Virus record (IMG/VR): IMGVR_UViG_3300025154_001556 | Length of the DNA: 64,000 bases | Source: a virus | Taxonomy: Duplodnaviria; Caudoviricetes | Strand: one strand, 5' to 3' | Part shown: positions 1 through 8,860 of the stretch, in pieces | How positions within the stretch are numbered: the first letter of the stretch is position 1 | Layout of the letters: every line of letters begins with the position of its first letter | Notes under the pieces: generated by a model | What the model was told of the DNA's origin: nothing | The model's input: the letters and a program-made list of their open reading frames with translations, nothing else | The model's database searches: none | Program-made: the position numbers and the translations under genes

Positions 1-25
1 TGCATTTGATTGGCATGAGAAGGTA

Positions 26-676
26 GTGGCCACACTTCACAAGGAAATACCTGATGTTTTAAAAGGTACCTCTAACTGTTATTTGGCCATGAAATATGGT
101 TTGCCTATGATCGGTACTATGGCACATCAAATGTTTCAAATGTATCAACAAATTACTTCTGCCTATGATAGCCAGATAGACTTGCTGACTGCTTGGCGAG
201 AGGAGTATGGGGATAAATTATTAATTGCTTTAAGTGATATATTTGGCTTTGAAGCCTTCCTATCCGATTTTAGGCACTTTGCTGATCAATACTCTGGGGT
301 TCGCCATGACAGCGGTAACCCTTATATTTGGTGTGACAAATTGTTGCAGCTTTATAATAAGCGGAATATTGACGCAAAGAGTAAGACTGCTGTTTTTAGT
401 GACGGCTTAGATGTGGATAAAGCCCTCAATCTTTACGCCACTTTTTACAACAAAATAAATGTAGCCATTGCTATTGGCACCAACCTTACAAATGATACAG
501 ATGTCGAAGCATTACAAATTGTAATTAAACTCGTTGAGTTTAACCACGGCCCGGTAGCAAAAGTGAGTGACTCTCCTGGAAAAGGGATGTGCGAGAGTAA
601 AGAGTATGAGGAATACATAAGCTACATTGTAAGCCGAAAAGAAAAGGAGTACAAAGAATGGCTAGAAAACAAGTAG
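26..676 (+). CDS. pncB: Nicotinate phosphoribosyltransferase, C-terminal part (5' end probably before the window)
   Basis: GTSNxxLA, GTMAHQ, GVRHDSGNP, VFSDGLD, IGTNLTND and IVIKL..PVAKVSDSPGK match E. coli-type PncB in order. Confidence 0.93.
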   Translation: MATLHKEIPDVLKGTSNCYLAMKYGLPMIGTMAHQMFQMYQQITSAYDSQIDLLTAWREEYGDKLLIALSDIFGFEAFLSDFRHFADQYSGVRHDSGNPYIWCDKLLQLYNKRNIDAKSKTAVFSDGLDVDKALNLYATFYNKINVAIAIGTNLTNDTDVEALQIVIKLVEFNHGPVAKVSDSPGKGMCESKEYEEYISYIVSRKEKEYKEWLENK

Positions 677-1266
677 CCTTATTTGGTGGGGCATTTGATC
701 CTGTAACATTAGGACATATATTGGTAGCAAAGATGATGCTCGGGGTAGCAAATTTTGATAAGATATGGTTCTTGCCGAGCTATCATTCCTGGAATGATAA
801 AAATATGCAGGACGCCAATCACCGTTTAAACATGTTAAAGTTAACATGTAATGACATTTCTGATAAACGTATAAATGTTTGTTCCTACGAGATAGCCAAC
901 AAGTTGATAGAACCAACAGTTGTTGTTTTAGATCGCTTGGCCTCATATATCGATGCGGATTTTTTCTTTTGTATCGGAACAGATCAAGCCGCAGAGATTG
1001 AAACTTGGCATGAGTGGGAACGTTTGATAAGTCAGTACTCATTTGTAGTTATGGAGCGTCCAGGTAGCCCGTATGTAGAGGGCAGTTGGTATACTATCGG
1101 AAAACATAAATTTGTTAAATGTACCTCCGGCATAGGCAACGTGTCTTCTACTGAGGTACGTAAGGAAATTGCCAGAGAGGGTATATCATACAATGTGACA
1201 CAATCTGTAATGCAATATATTAAAGATAATAACCTTTATAAGGGGGCTTTGAAAATAAATGCTTAG
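658..1266 (+). CDS. nadD: Nicotinate-nucleotide adenylyltransferase
   Basis: FGGAFDPVTLGH ((H/T)xGH), FCIGTDQ..I..W..W, SSTEVR, YIKDNNLY; overlaps pncB stop. Confidence 0.92.
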   Translation: MARKQVALFGGAFDPVTLGHILVAKMMLGVANFDKIWFLPSYHSWNDKNMQDANHRLNMLKLTCNDISDKRINVCSYEIANKLIEPTVVVLDRLASYIDADFFFCIGTDQAAEIETWHEWERLISQYSFVVMERPGSPYVEGSWYTIGKHKFVKCTSGIGNVSSTEVRKEIAREGISYNVTQSVMQYIKDNNLYKGALKINA

Positions 1267-2089
1267 TATTAGTGCAGAGTACAATAAAATGTATAACAAC
1301 ATTTTGGCCGAGGGTATGGAGTACGTGCGAAGGAGCCGTCTGGAATCTTTGGTGATTGGTATTTCAGGTGGTATAGATAGTGCCTTAGTGGCTGCCTTGG
1401 CACGCGTTATTTGTGACGAGACGGGTATTACCCTTATAGGCAGAAGTATGCCTATTGTAACAAATAAACCGGATGAAATAGCACGCGCTTCCGCCATTGG
1501 TAAATGCTTTTGTGATGACTTTGAGACAGTATCCTTGGATGATGTCTACAATAATCTGTATAAATCCATATCAAATCCGGCCAGGCATGATATCACTACA
1601 AAAGCAGAGAGGATTCGCCGTGGTAATGTAAAAGCAAGAACTCGCATGATACTACTGTATGATTTGGCCCATCTTAATAACGGTCTTGTTTTGTCAACAG
1701 ATAATTATACGGAGCTGCTGCTTGGCTTTTGGACAATGCATGGTGATGTTGGCGACTATGGCATGATACAGAATCTGTGGAAAACTGAAGTGTACGGGCT
1801 GGCGGCTTGGCTCTGTAAAAAGTATGCCATGAACGACGCCGTGGATAAAGCAGAAGCACTTAACGCGTGTATAACAGCGGTACCGACTGATGGTCTGGGT
1901 GTAACCGACAGTGATTTCGATCAACTCGGCCTTCGTCGCTACACAGACATCGACAACGTCCTACTCAAATACATCACAGATGGTGTGGAAGAGGATGATA
2001 GTCCGGTTGTGCTTCGCTACAAAAATACGCATTACAAAAGGAATAACCCAATAAATCTTACACGAAATAAGATTTTGGGAATAATGTAA
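1259..2089 (+). CDS. nadE: NH3-dependent NAD+ synthetase
   Basis: VIGISGGIDSALVAAL PP-loop, GNVKARTRM, STDNYTE..LGFWTMHGD, LWKTEVY, PTDGL; no glutaminase domain. Confidence 0.92.
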   Translation: MLSISAEYNKMYNNILAEGMEYVRRSRLESLVIGISGGIDSALVAALARVICDETGITLIGRSMPIVTNKPDEIARASAIGKCFCDDFETVSLDDVYNNLYKSISNPARHDITTKAERIRRGNVKARTRMILLYDLAHLNNGLVLSTDNYTELLLGFWTMHGDVGDYGMIQNLWKTEVYGLAAWLCKKYAMNDAVDKAEALNACITAVPTDGLGVTDSDFDQLGLRRYTDIDNVLLKYITDGVEEDDSPVVLRYKNTHYKRNNPINLTRNKILGIM

Positions 2090-2120
2090 TAAGACAAAAC
2101 ACTGACTAAAAGGAGTTACT

Positions 2121-3371
2121 ATGGGCTCTTTCAATGTAGCTTGCTCAATTAGTAATGTAAGTATTAATGCTGGCCAACGTATAGCATTTATTCCGTTGGT
2201 AATAAAGCGGCATTTAGCCAAAGATGGTAAACTACCAATACCCAACCAGATGCTCATTGAGCCCGACTCATTATTAACTCCTTTTTGTTTACCAATCTTT
2301 GGTAAATATAATGATTATGGTTCGATAGAACACATAGAAAAGGATGCAAACACCGAGGCCATTGAAGCATATATGGGTATGCCCATAGAATCCTTTGTTG
2401 ATTGCATTACTTGTGGTAGAGAGCCTCATGATTATTTCGGCGATTTATTTAAACATTTTGCCACCAATGGAACTCGTGGTGTAGTTAGAGATTATCGAGT
2501 TCATTTTGATGGTAAATACCTGGAACAAGTGGGTTTTAAACGACTTGACATACCGGGAGAAGCCTGGTATGATTATATTTATGAGGACTTTCCTTACCTG
2601 GTTAAACTCATAGCTGGCTATGATCAACGACCTATTTACCCTAATAATGGACATCGTATTATGGGTATAGGCTTTGAAGTATACGATCATACTGGAAGTG
2701 TGGTTTATACGGGCAGTCATTACGACGCAAAGTCGGCCCTACCCAAAGCATTCTTAGCGCTTACTGACTACTTTATTTACGTTAATAAAGAAGACCAGGA
2801 AAAAGTTAAGTTGCTTAAAAGTATGTCTGGTATGTTTATACATAGTGACATCTGGGATTATATGATAAACATGCCAGGGCGTGAAAAAGAGCTGTTTAAC
2901 CTAAGCTTTGACGAATTACAACAAAAGATAATAGCCTATGATAACGGTGAGGAGGACTACTTTACACATACTGTGCCGTCTGTTGAGAAACAGCTTACAG
3001 AGCATAACATGTTATGTGCAATACTGGAAAAGGTGGAAGACTTTGTACCGAATCAACCTGGAAGCACACTTAAAATATCTCAACCATTCTTTGTAGATCC
3101 TATAAAGGCGGTTGTTACTGAAAACTATTTTCATAGATTCTTTAACAATTGGCCGTACTTTGCCCCAGTCTATCGCGCGGCAATAAAGGATGACAGTATA
3201 AAGGAATACTTCATGAATTATTGTAGCTTTTATTGGGAGATGTATTCCACCAACAGATTCTTCTTTCCTGGTATGAATGGTGAACAGTCTGGTAATACAG
3301 AAGCGTCATTGCGTCTTGCAAGGCAAACAGTTAAACTTTTAGAGGAGAGGCAAAAAGAAGAAAATGAGTGA
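2121..3371 (+). CDS. Hypothetical phage protein (416 aa)
   Basis: Long ORF with GGAG RBS; no recognisable motif. Confidence 0.75.
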   Translation: MGSFNVACSISNVSINAGQRIAFIPLVIKRHLAKDGKLPIPNQMLIEPDSLLTPFCLPIFGKYNDYGSIEHIEKDANTEAIEAYMGMPIESFVDCITCGREPHDYFGDLFKHFATNGTRGVVRDYRVHFDGKYLEQVGFKRLDIPGEAWYDYIYEDFPYLVKLIAGYDQRPIYPNNGHRIMGIGFEVYDHTGSVVYTGSHYDAKSALPKAFLALTDYFIYVNKEDQEKVKLLKSMSGMFIHSDIWDYMINMPGREKELFNLSFDELQQKIIAYDNGEEDYFTHTVPSVEKQLTEHNMLCAILEKVEDFVPNQPGSTLKISQPFFVDPIKAVVTENYFHRFFNNWPYFAPVYRAAIKDDSIKEYFMNYCSFYWEMYSTNRFFFPGMNGEQSGNTEASLRLARQTVKLLEERQKEENE

Positions 3372-3528
3372 CAAAAATAAAAAACCTAACTGGACTAATT
3401 GTAAAGACTGCGTGTGCCCCAAGTGTAAGGGCGGCAGAACACAGTGCAGAGAGAATGACCGCGGCGACTTTGAACACAGGTGTTTAGACTGTAAAAATAC
3501 CTGGTGGATTGATGGAGCTGATTATTAA
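3364..3528 (+). CDS. Small zinc-ribbon protein (54 aa, below the ORF-track cut-off)
   Basis: Translated by hand: MSDKNKKPNWTNCKDCVCPKCKGGRTQCRENDRGDFEHRCLDCKNTWWIDGADY; overlaps upstream stop. Confidence 0.6.
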   Translation: MSDKNKKPNWTNCKDCVCPKCKGGRTQCRENDRGDFEHRCLDCKNTWWIDGADY

Positions 3529-3557
3529 TGTGACTTGTAAAGGGTGGGGGTTTATTT

Positions 3558-3998
3558 ATGACAACATTTAAAGATATTAAACTAAAAGTCCTACCCTTAC
3601 CAAGCTTCTTTTATTTTTATAGAAGGCTGTTGGGGGAAGAAATCACATTAACTGAGTGTGTTGAAAACTATTCCGGTTATGTCCATGAGATCAGGCCAAT
3701 GGTTGGAAGAGACGGTTGGTACTATGATAGAGTAAACAACTTTGCTTGGTTCGAGGTGGATAAAAGAGCTTTTGTAGATTTAACACCTGAAAGTTTTGTA
3801 TATGAATTGAAAATGCTTAATCATATACCACTGCCGGCCAAAGTAAAACGTGCTATAACAGTGTTGAAGAATTACAATGCGTGCCCTGCTGATCTTAAAG
3901 AGCTTATCTATACGGATGAGTGCTTCTTAATGGGACAACAGGCATATAGAAGTGCCACACTCGCCAGGTTGAGGGTACGAAGACGTTTTAGGAAATAG
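3558..3998 (+). CDS. Hypothetical protein
   Basis: ORF track; fits operon spacing. Confidence 0.65.
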   Translation: MTTFKDIKLKVLPLPSFFYFYRRLLGEEITLTECVENYSGYVHEIRPMVGRDGWYYDRVNNFAWFEVDKRAFVDLTPESFVYELKMLNHIPLPAKVKRAITVLKNYNACPADLKELIYTDECFLMGQQAYRSATLARLRVRRRFRK

Positions 3999-4010
3999 GG
4001 GGCTTAAGCA

Positions 4011-4166
4011 ATGCTGGGAATTAACTACACCTATATAGACTGTGATAAGCGCAGCTGTAAATATAACAAACACGGCGCCTGCGATCCTCCAGAAGACAGG
4101 GAAGGCGATGGTCGTATAAAGCTTGTTAATGGTAAATGTATTACGTATCAAAGTAAAACAAGGTAA
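4011..4166 (+). CDS. Small Cys-rich protein (51 aa)
   Basis: Translated by hand: MLGINYTYIDCDKRSCKYNKHGAC...KCITYQSKTR. Confidence 0.5.
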   Translation: MLGINYTYIDCDKRSCKYNKHGACDPPEDREGDGRIKLVNGKCITYQSKTR

Positions 4167-4175
4167 GTGAGCGCC

Positions 4176-4811
4176 ATGAAATATTACAAGTACCCAAGAA
4201 CTCTACACCTTCCTTGGAGTCCTGGCAAAACAAATGATGACAAAGTATTAAAAGACGCCTCCCATTTTCTTGGAAAAGAAATAGTCATGTCATTGAAAAT
4301 GGACGGGGAGGCGACAACTTTATATAATAATCACATGCATGCCAGATCTATTGATTCTAAGGACCATCCATCCAGGCACTGGTTAAAAGCCCTTCATAGT
4401 GCCATTAGCGGCTTAATACCCGATGGCCATAGGGTATGTGGTGAGAACCTCTACGCATGCCACAGCATACCTTACAATGCGTTATTGAGCTATTTCCAGG
4501 TATACTCTGTGTGGAATGATAAAAATATATGTTTACCTTGGGATATAACCGTTGATGTTTGTAAGCACATGGGTTTAATTACAGTACCTGTTATTTGGAG
4601 GGGCACAGTAAACGATAACCTTGAAACACTCTTACAGGATTTATTTAAACCTTACGCAAATGAGCATGAAGGTTACGTCATACGTACTGCCGACTCTTTT
4701 CCATATGATGAATTTGGTACGCATGTTGCTAAGTATGTAAGGAAAAATCATGTACAGACCGACGGACACTGGTTGAATCAATCAGTAGTTAAGAACAAAC
4801 TTAAACTGTGA
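4176..4811 (+). CDS. RNA ligase family protein (Rnl2-like adenylation domain)
   Basis: KYPRTLHLPWSPG..DDK, KMDG (motif I lysine), VCGENLY, FQVYSVW, EGYVIR, KYVR; ATG 4176 preferred over GTG 4167. Confidence 0.82.
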   Translation: MKYYKYPRTLHLPWSPGKTNDDKVLKDASHFLGKEIVMSLKMDGEATTLYNNHMHARSIDSKDHPSRHWLKALHSAISGLIPDGHRVCGENLYACHSIPYNALLSYFQVYSVWNDKNICLPWDITVDVCKHMGLITVPVIWRGTVNDNLETLLQDLFKPYANEHEGYVIRTADSFPYDEFGTHVAKYVRKNHVQTDGHWLNQSVVKNKLKL

Positions 4812-4823
4812 GGCACTGCTAGC

Positions 4824-5027
4824 ATGTCCAGCAAAAAGCTTAATGTGTTTGTGTACACACTACTATATGGTGACTTACATGAGGTACCACTCAGTGTACT
4901 TGGTGAACACTGCCCCAGCGAAGAAGTATACCGCTCTTTTGATGAGGAGCAGAAGCTACGACTACATGCCGCGGCGACGCTACAAAAACGTTTTGATGAA
5001 GTAATACCAAATAAACTATTAAAATAG
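4824..5027 (+). CDS. Hypothetical protein
   Basis: ORF track, 67 aa, ends in TAG. Confidence 0.5.
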   Translation: MSSKKLNVFVYTLLYGDLHEVPLSVLGEHCPSEEVYRSFDEEQKLRLHAAATLQKRFDEVIPNKLLK

Positions 5028-5042
5028 GAAAGAAACATTAAT

Positions 5043-5702
5043 ATGAGGCCAAGAAAAGGAAGTCCGGCTGAAAAGTTAGGTATAAAATTTACTGGTAATC
5101 CAGATGCATTAGATCAGCCGAAGAGAAAAGTTACATACGAAATACTTGAAAGGCCTGGAAAATATACAGTAGGGCCGTTGTCTGATAGAGTCGTTATGAA
5201 CGATACTTGGTACGTTTGGTACGTTGATTTAGACGGTGTTTTATGTAACTTTCTTAAAGGTGCCAGTATAGCGACAGGTAAACAACTTACCTCACATGCT
5301 GTTTGGGCTGCCAATAGAAATGAATACTGGGAAGATATACGTAAGCTAGGCCCAAACTTTTGGAGAAATTTAGAGTGGTTGCCAGAAGCAGAAAAGCTGT
5401 GGACAATATTAAAAAAGTTCCATACAAAAATATTAACCGCATACCCCACAGTACCTCAATTGCAACTTGACGCTATTATAGGAAAAGCTGATTGGATAGA
5501 TGTCAATTTAGGTAGCAGGTTTTGTTGGGAGGCTATTATATGCCCAGTTGACTCTAAACAAAAATATGCCGGGTTGAACACAATACTTATAGATGATAAT
5601 GAGTTAACGATTAAGCAATGGAGTGCAAAAGGTGGCATTGGTATTTTACATAATAATGTAGCGGACACTTTGGAGGAGATAAAGAAGTATGCCAATTTAT
5701 GA
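5043..5702 (+). CDS. HAD-family 5'(3')-deoxyribonucleotidase-like phosphatase
   Basis: YVDLDGVL (motif I), ILTA, K, ILIDDN (motif IV), GGIGILH. Confidence 0.8.
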   Translation: MRPRKGSPAEKLGIKFTGNPDALDQPKRKVTYEILERPGKYTVGPLSDRVVMNDTWYVWYVDLDGVLCNFLKGASIATGKQLTSHAVWAANRNEYWEDIRKLGPNFWRNLEWLPEAEKLWTILKKFHTKILTAYPTVPQLQLDAIIGKADWIDVNLGSRFCWEAIICPVDSKQKYAGLNTILIDDNELTIKQWSAKGGIGILHNNVADTLEEIKKYANL

Positions 5703-5901
5703 GTATATATGTGAGTCTTGTGGCAAAAGATTCGAGAAAACAAGAGGTATAAAAGAAGACAGCTCTATGGCTGTTTGTTTAAGATGCCAAGGTATTGGAA
5801 GAAAGGTACCATCACTTTCATCATTCCATCTTAAAGGTGGTGGTTGGTATAGTGATTCTTATTCCAATAAAAGCTGTGATATAAAACAAAAGAAAGGTTG
5901 A
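5689..5901 (+). CDS. FmdB-family zinc-ribbon protein
   Basis: MPIYEYICESCG...CLRC...SFHLKGGGWY. Confidence 0.85.
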   Translation: MPIYEYICESCGKRFEKTRGIKEDSSMAVCLRCQGIGRKVPSLSSFHLKGGGWYSDSYSNKSCDIKQKKG

Positions 5902-6063
5902 GGTTAAATATATTCAAGAGGTTCTTGAAAGGAGCTAGAACATGTGTACAGTAGCAATAGCCTGGATCAACGCCAAATATAGAACAGGTTACAAGTACCT
6001 ATTTATAGGTGCAATCATGGTAGACATTGCACTTTTTGAAACATTAACTGCTATGTTGGATAA

Positions 6064-6291
6064 GTGTGGTTAATTATGACAACGCTGACAGCCGAAGAGG
6101 CAAAAAAGTTACGATGTTGTAAAGATGTTACGTTGCTTTGTGTGGCAGAAGAGTGCATGGCGTGGCAAATATATTATGAATATGAATTCCCGTCACGGTC
6201 TAACACATGTAAACACCCGCCACAGCAACCACAGCCTTCTATACGCAAGGACACTAATAAAGGTTACTGCGGTTGGCTTTGTAAAGAGTAA
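6064..6291 (+). CDS. Small Cys-rich hypothetical protein
   Basis: ORF track; CxxxxCMAW...GYCG pattern. Confidence 0.5.
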   Translation: MWLIMTTLTAEEAKKLRCCKDVTLLCVAEECMAWQIYYEYEFPSRSNTCKHPPQQPQPSIRKDTNKGYCGWLCKE

Positions 6292-6320
6292 AATAAAAAT
6301 AATTGTCCTATCTGAAAATA

Positions 6321-6345
6321 ACTAGGGAGCCGCAAACTCCCTAGT
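6321..6345. terminator. Hairpin between convergent genes
   Basis: actagggag-ccgcaaa-ctccctagt, perfect 9-bp stem. Confidence 0.7.
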
Positions 6346-6392
6346 ACACCCATCCTAGACGCCCGGTTTTTCGCAGGGCATTCACTAGCTTA

Positions 6393-6617
6393 CTAGAGCC
6401 TTTGAAGCTTGTGACCAATTCCTACCACACCTAAGCCTAGCCCCGCATCCATCACCGCCTTGGCCGCCGTATGGCTACCCATCAAGTCAATGACTACACT
6501 TCCGATAATCAAGAAGCCTCCTGTAATAGTTTTCCAATTAGTCCCTAAAACTTTTTCTAACCAAAAGGCAACAACTTGTTGTGTTTGTACTAGGTTTACT
6601 ACACTTTCAGAGTTCAT
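6393..6617 (-). CDS. Small two-TM membrane protein, holin-like
   Basis: Two hydrophobic helices and a basic C-terminus, 74 aa. Confidence 0.45.
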   Translation of the reverse strand: MNSESVVNLVQTQQVVAFWLEKVLGTNWKTITGGFLIIGSVVIDLMGSHTAAKAVMDAGLGLGVVGIGHKLQRL

Positions 6618-6868
6618 AATAATAGTCCCCCTATCTTTTTAATGAATTCTTTTTAATTAGTAACTATAAATTTTTTTTATCTGCCCGTAAAAACTGGTCT
6701 ATGAACCGAGTTAAAAATGGTTCATGGTGCCACCTCACTAACTACTTTTATATTGTTGTATTTATTCATATATAGTATAATGAGGACAGTTAATTTTTTA
6801 CTTTAATTTTTTTTATTCGCCGCCAAAAGTATCTTATGAACCGCGATAAAAAGTGTACCCCAAAATAC

Positions 6869-6897
6869 TTGACATAGTAATGTGTGCATGTTATATT
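6869..6897 (+). promoter_or_regulatory. Sigma70-type promoter
   Basis: TTGACA-17 bp-TATATT; implies the true start is ATG 6938. Confidence 0.75.
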
Positions 6898-6937
6898 AGC
6901 AAAGTTACTAAATATAAATTCTAACAATGAGGTTATT

Positions 6938-7489
6938 ATGGGCTTGAAACTTAATTTAGGTGGCGGTTACAAAGAGTACGATAATTATATAAACATAGAT
7001 ATAGATCCTAATTGTAAACCAGACTATGTCATAGATTTAGAAAGGGACATACTACCTTTTAAAGAAAATACTGTAAGTGAGGTAAGAGCATATCACATAT
7101 TAGAACATCTTGGAAATGGTTTCTTTCATTGTTTACAAGAATTATATAGAGTATGTGAGCATGGAGCTATTATAGATATACAAGTACCACACCATTTCCA
7201 CGAAGTATTTATTAACGATCCAACACATAAAAGACCGATTACCGTTGAAGGCATGAGGCTGTTCAGTAAAAAATATAATGCGCTGGAAATAGAACGAGGT
7301 GGTAGCTCTTCTTGTTTAGGTATTAGATTTAATGTAGACTTTGAAATAGTACAATATAACTTTATACCTGATTTATTCTATAAAGATATATTAGCAAGTA
7401 ATTCATTTGAACAAAATGTTAGACTTACAAGAGAATGTGTTAATGTGGTAATTGAAACTCATATGAAATTGGTGGTGGTAAAATGCTAA
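6938..7489 (+). CDS. Class I SAM-dependent methyltransferase (Methyltransf_11-like)
   Basis: LKLNLGGG, INIDID, DLE..LPF, HILEH, ELYRV, DPTH; GAGG RBS before 6938. Confidence 0.82.
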   Translation: MGLKLNLGGGYKEYDNYINIDIDPNCKPDYVIDLERDILPFKENTVSEVRAYHILEHLGNGFFHCLQELYRVCEHGAIIDIQVPHHFHEVFINDPTHKRPITVEGMRLFSKKYNALEIERGGSSSCLGIRFNVDFEIVQYNFIPDLFYKDILASNSFEQNVRLTRECVNVVIETHMKLVVVKC

Positions 7490-8817
7490 ATGAAACTATA
7501 TTATTCCTTAAAGAACGTAACGAGAACAGGGTGGCTGCGGAGCTTCTAATGACCTTTGGTAAGTATGCTCATTCAGTAGAAGAGTATGATTCAATAGCAA
7601 AAGGTTACTGTGATATTAAACGTTATAAAGAGTCTATTAAGTGGGCGGAGAAGGCCCTTTCTGTGGCCGCCGGCAACGAAATGCTTTACGTTGTACGGGC
7701 TAACCTAGCTAAGGTATGTAATCACGCCAACATGCCAGTCAAAGCCTTATTTTATTTGAAGCTTAATGAGGCCCTGACACCAGAAGACCCAGAACTTCTT
7801 TTAGAAAAAGCTTTTAGTTTGTTCTTAATGAACCGACAAAAAGAATCTGAATCTATACTTAGAGGGTTAAACACAAGACCGGGTTTAGATGAGCAGTTAG
7901 CCACCAGAGTTAAGTTTAACCTGGGAACTTATGATCTATATAATGATAAGTTTCAAGAAGGGCTAAGAGGCTTCTTATTAGAAGGCAAGAAGTTAAATAT
8001 TTGGAAAAATATAAAACTACCGCTAGAATTTTGGGAAGGTGGTATACAGCCCGGAAGAACCATAGTTATAGTGGCTGAAGGTGGTATAGGAGACGAAATT
8101 ATAAACATACGTTTCTGTGACAAGCTTGTAGACTATGGTATGGTACCTCTATGGTATACTACTAGAAAGGACCTGTCAGCCATTTTTAATAGGCATGGGT
8201 ACACTACCATCAATTCATTAGAAAACGTCCCTAAGGACGCTCTATGGACTTACAGCATGTCTTTACCAATCTACTTAGACCTACAACCAAAAGATTTGTG
8301 GAAAGGTAAGTATTTATATCCATCAGTAGCCCACCAAAAGAAATGGGATTGGATGAACAAAACCAATAATCTTAAAGTAGGTATAAGGTGGAGTGGTAAT
8401 CCTGAGTATGAACACGATTTACATAGAAGTGTACCCTTAGATAAGTTGTATGAGGTAGTGTTCCCCTTTAATTTTGATTTATATTCTTTACAACGCGACG
8501 AAGGCGTGGAACAAATACAGGAGCACTATGATCTGGATAATCTGTCAGACGAGTTAGTGTCCTTTGAGGATACGTTGGCTGTAATAAACAACTTAGATAT
8601 TGTAATATCGTCATGCACTTCTATACTACATGCTGCTGCAGCAATGGATAAAAAAACGTATGGTTTAATACCGTGTACAGCCTACTACACTTGGTGCTCA
8701 TCTAATGAGTATAAAAGTAAGTGGTATGGAGATAATCTTACTTTATTAAGACAACATGAGTTGAGAAGTTGGGATGGGCCTTTGAATAAATTAAAAGAAT
8801 TGCTAATGAAGGGATAA
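7483..8817 (+). CDS. TPR-containing glycosyltransferase (GT9/heptosyltransferase-like)
   Basis: N-terminal TPR-like helices; AEGGIGDEI..RF, KVGIRWSGNP, SFEDTLA.I.NLD.VIS.CTS..H.AAA. Confidence 0.8.
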   Translation: MLNETILFLKERNENRVAAELLMTFGKYAHSVEEYDSIAKGYCDIKRYKESIKWAEKALSVAAGNEMLYVVRANLAKVCNHANMPVKALFYLKLNEALTPEDPELLLEKAFSLFLMNRQKESESILRGLNTRPGLDEQLATRVKFNLGTYDLYNDKFQEGLRGFLLEGKKLNIWKNIKLPLEFWEGGIQPGRTIVIVAEGGIGDEIINIRFCDKLVDYGMVPLWYTTRKDLSAIFNRHGYTTINSLENVPKDALWTYSMSLPIYLDLQPKDLWKGKYLYPSVAHQKKWDWMNKTNNLKVGIRWSGNPEYEHDLHRSVPLDKLYEVVFPFNFDLYSLQRDEGVEQIQEHYDLDNLSDELVSFEDTLAVINNLDIVISSCTSILHAAAAMDKKTYGLIPCTAYYTWCSSNEYKSKWYGDNLTLLRQHELRSWDGPLNKLKELLMKG

Positions 8818-8827
8818 TATAAAATGA

Positions 8828-8859
8828 TATAGAGAAGCATCAAACGATGCTTCTCTATA
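8828..8859. terminator. Bidirectional terminator-like hairpin at the strand switch
   Basis: tatagagaagcat-caaacg-atgcttctctata, 13-bp inverted repeat between convergent genes. Confidence 0.8.
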
Positions 8860-8860
8860 C

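Noticed and set aside
26-676. Nampt (NARP2) identity for the first ORF
   Set aside because: Motifs follow E. coli-type PncB, and a downstream nadE fits the deamidated route.
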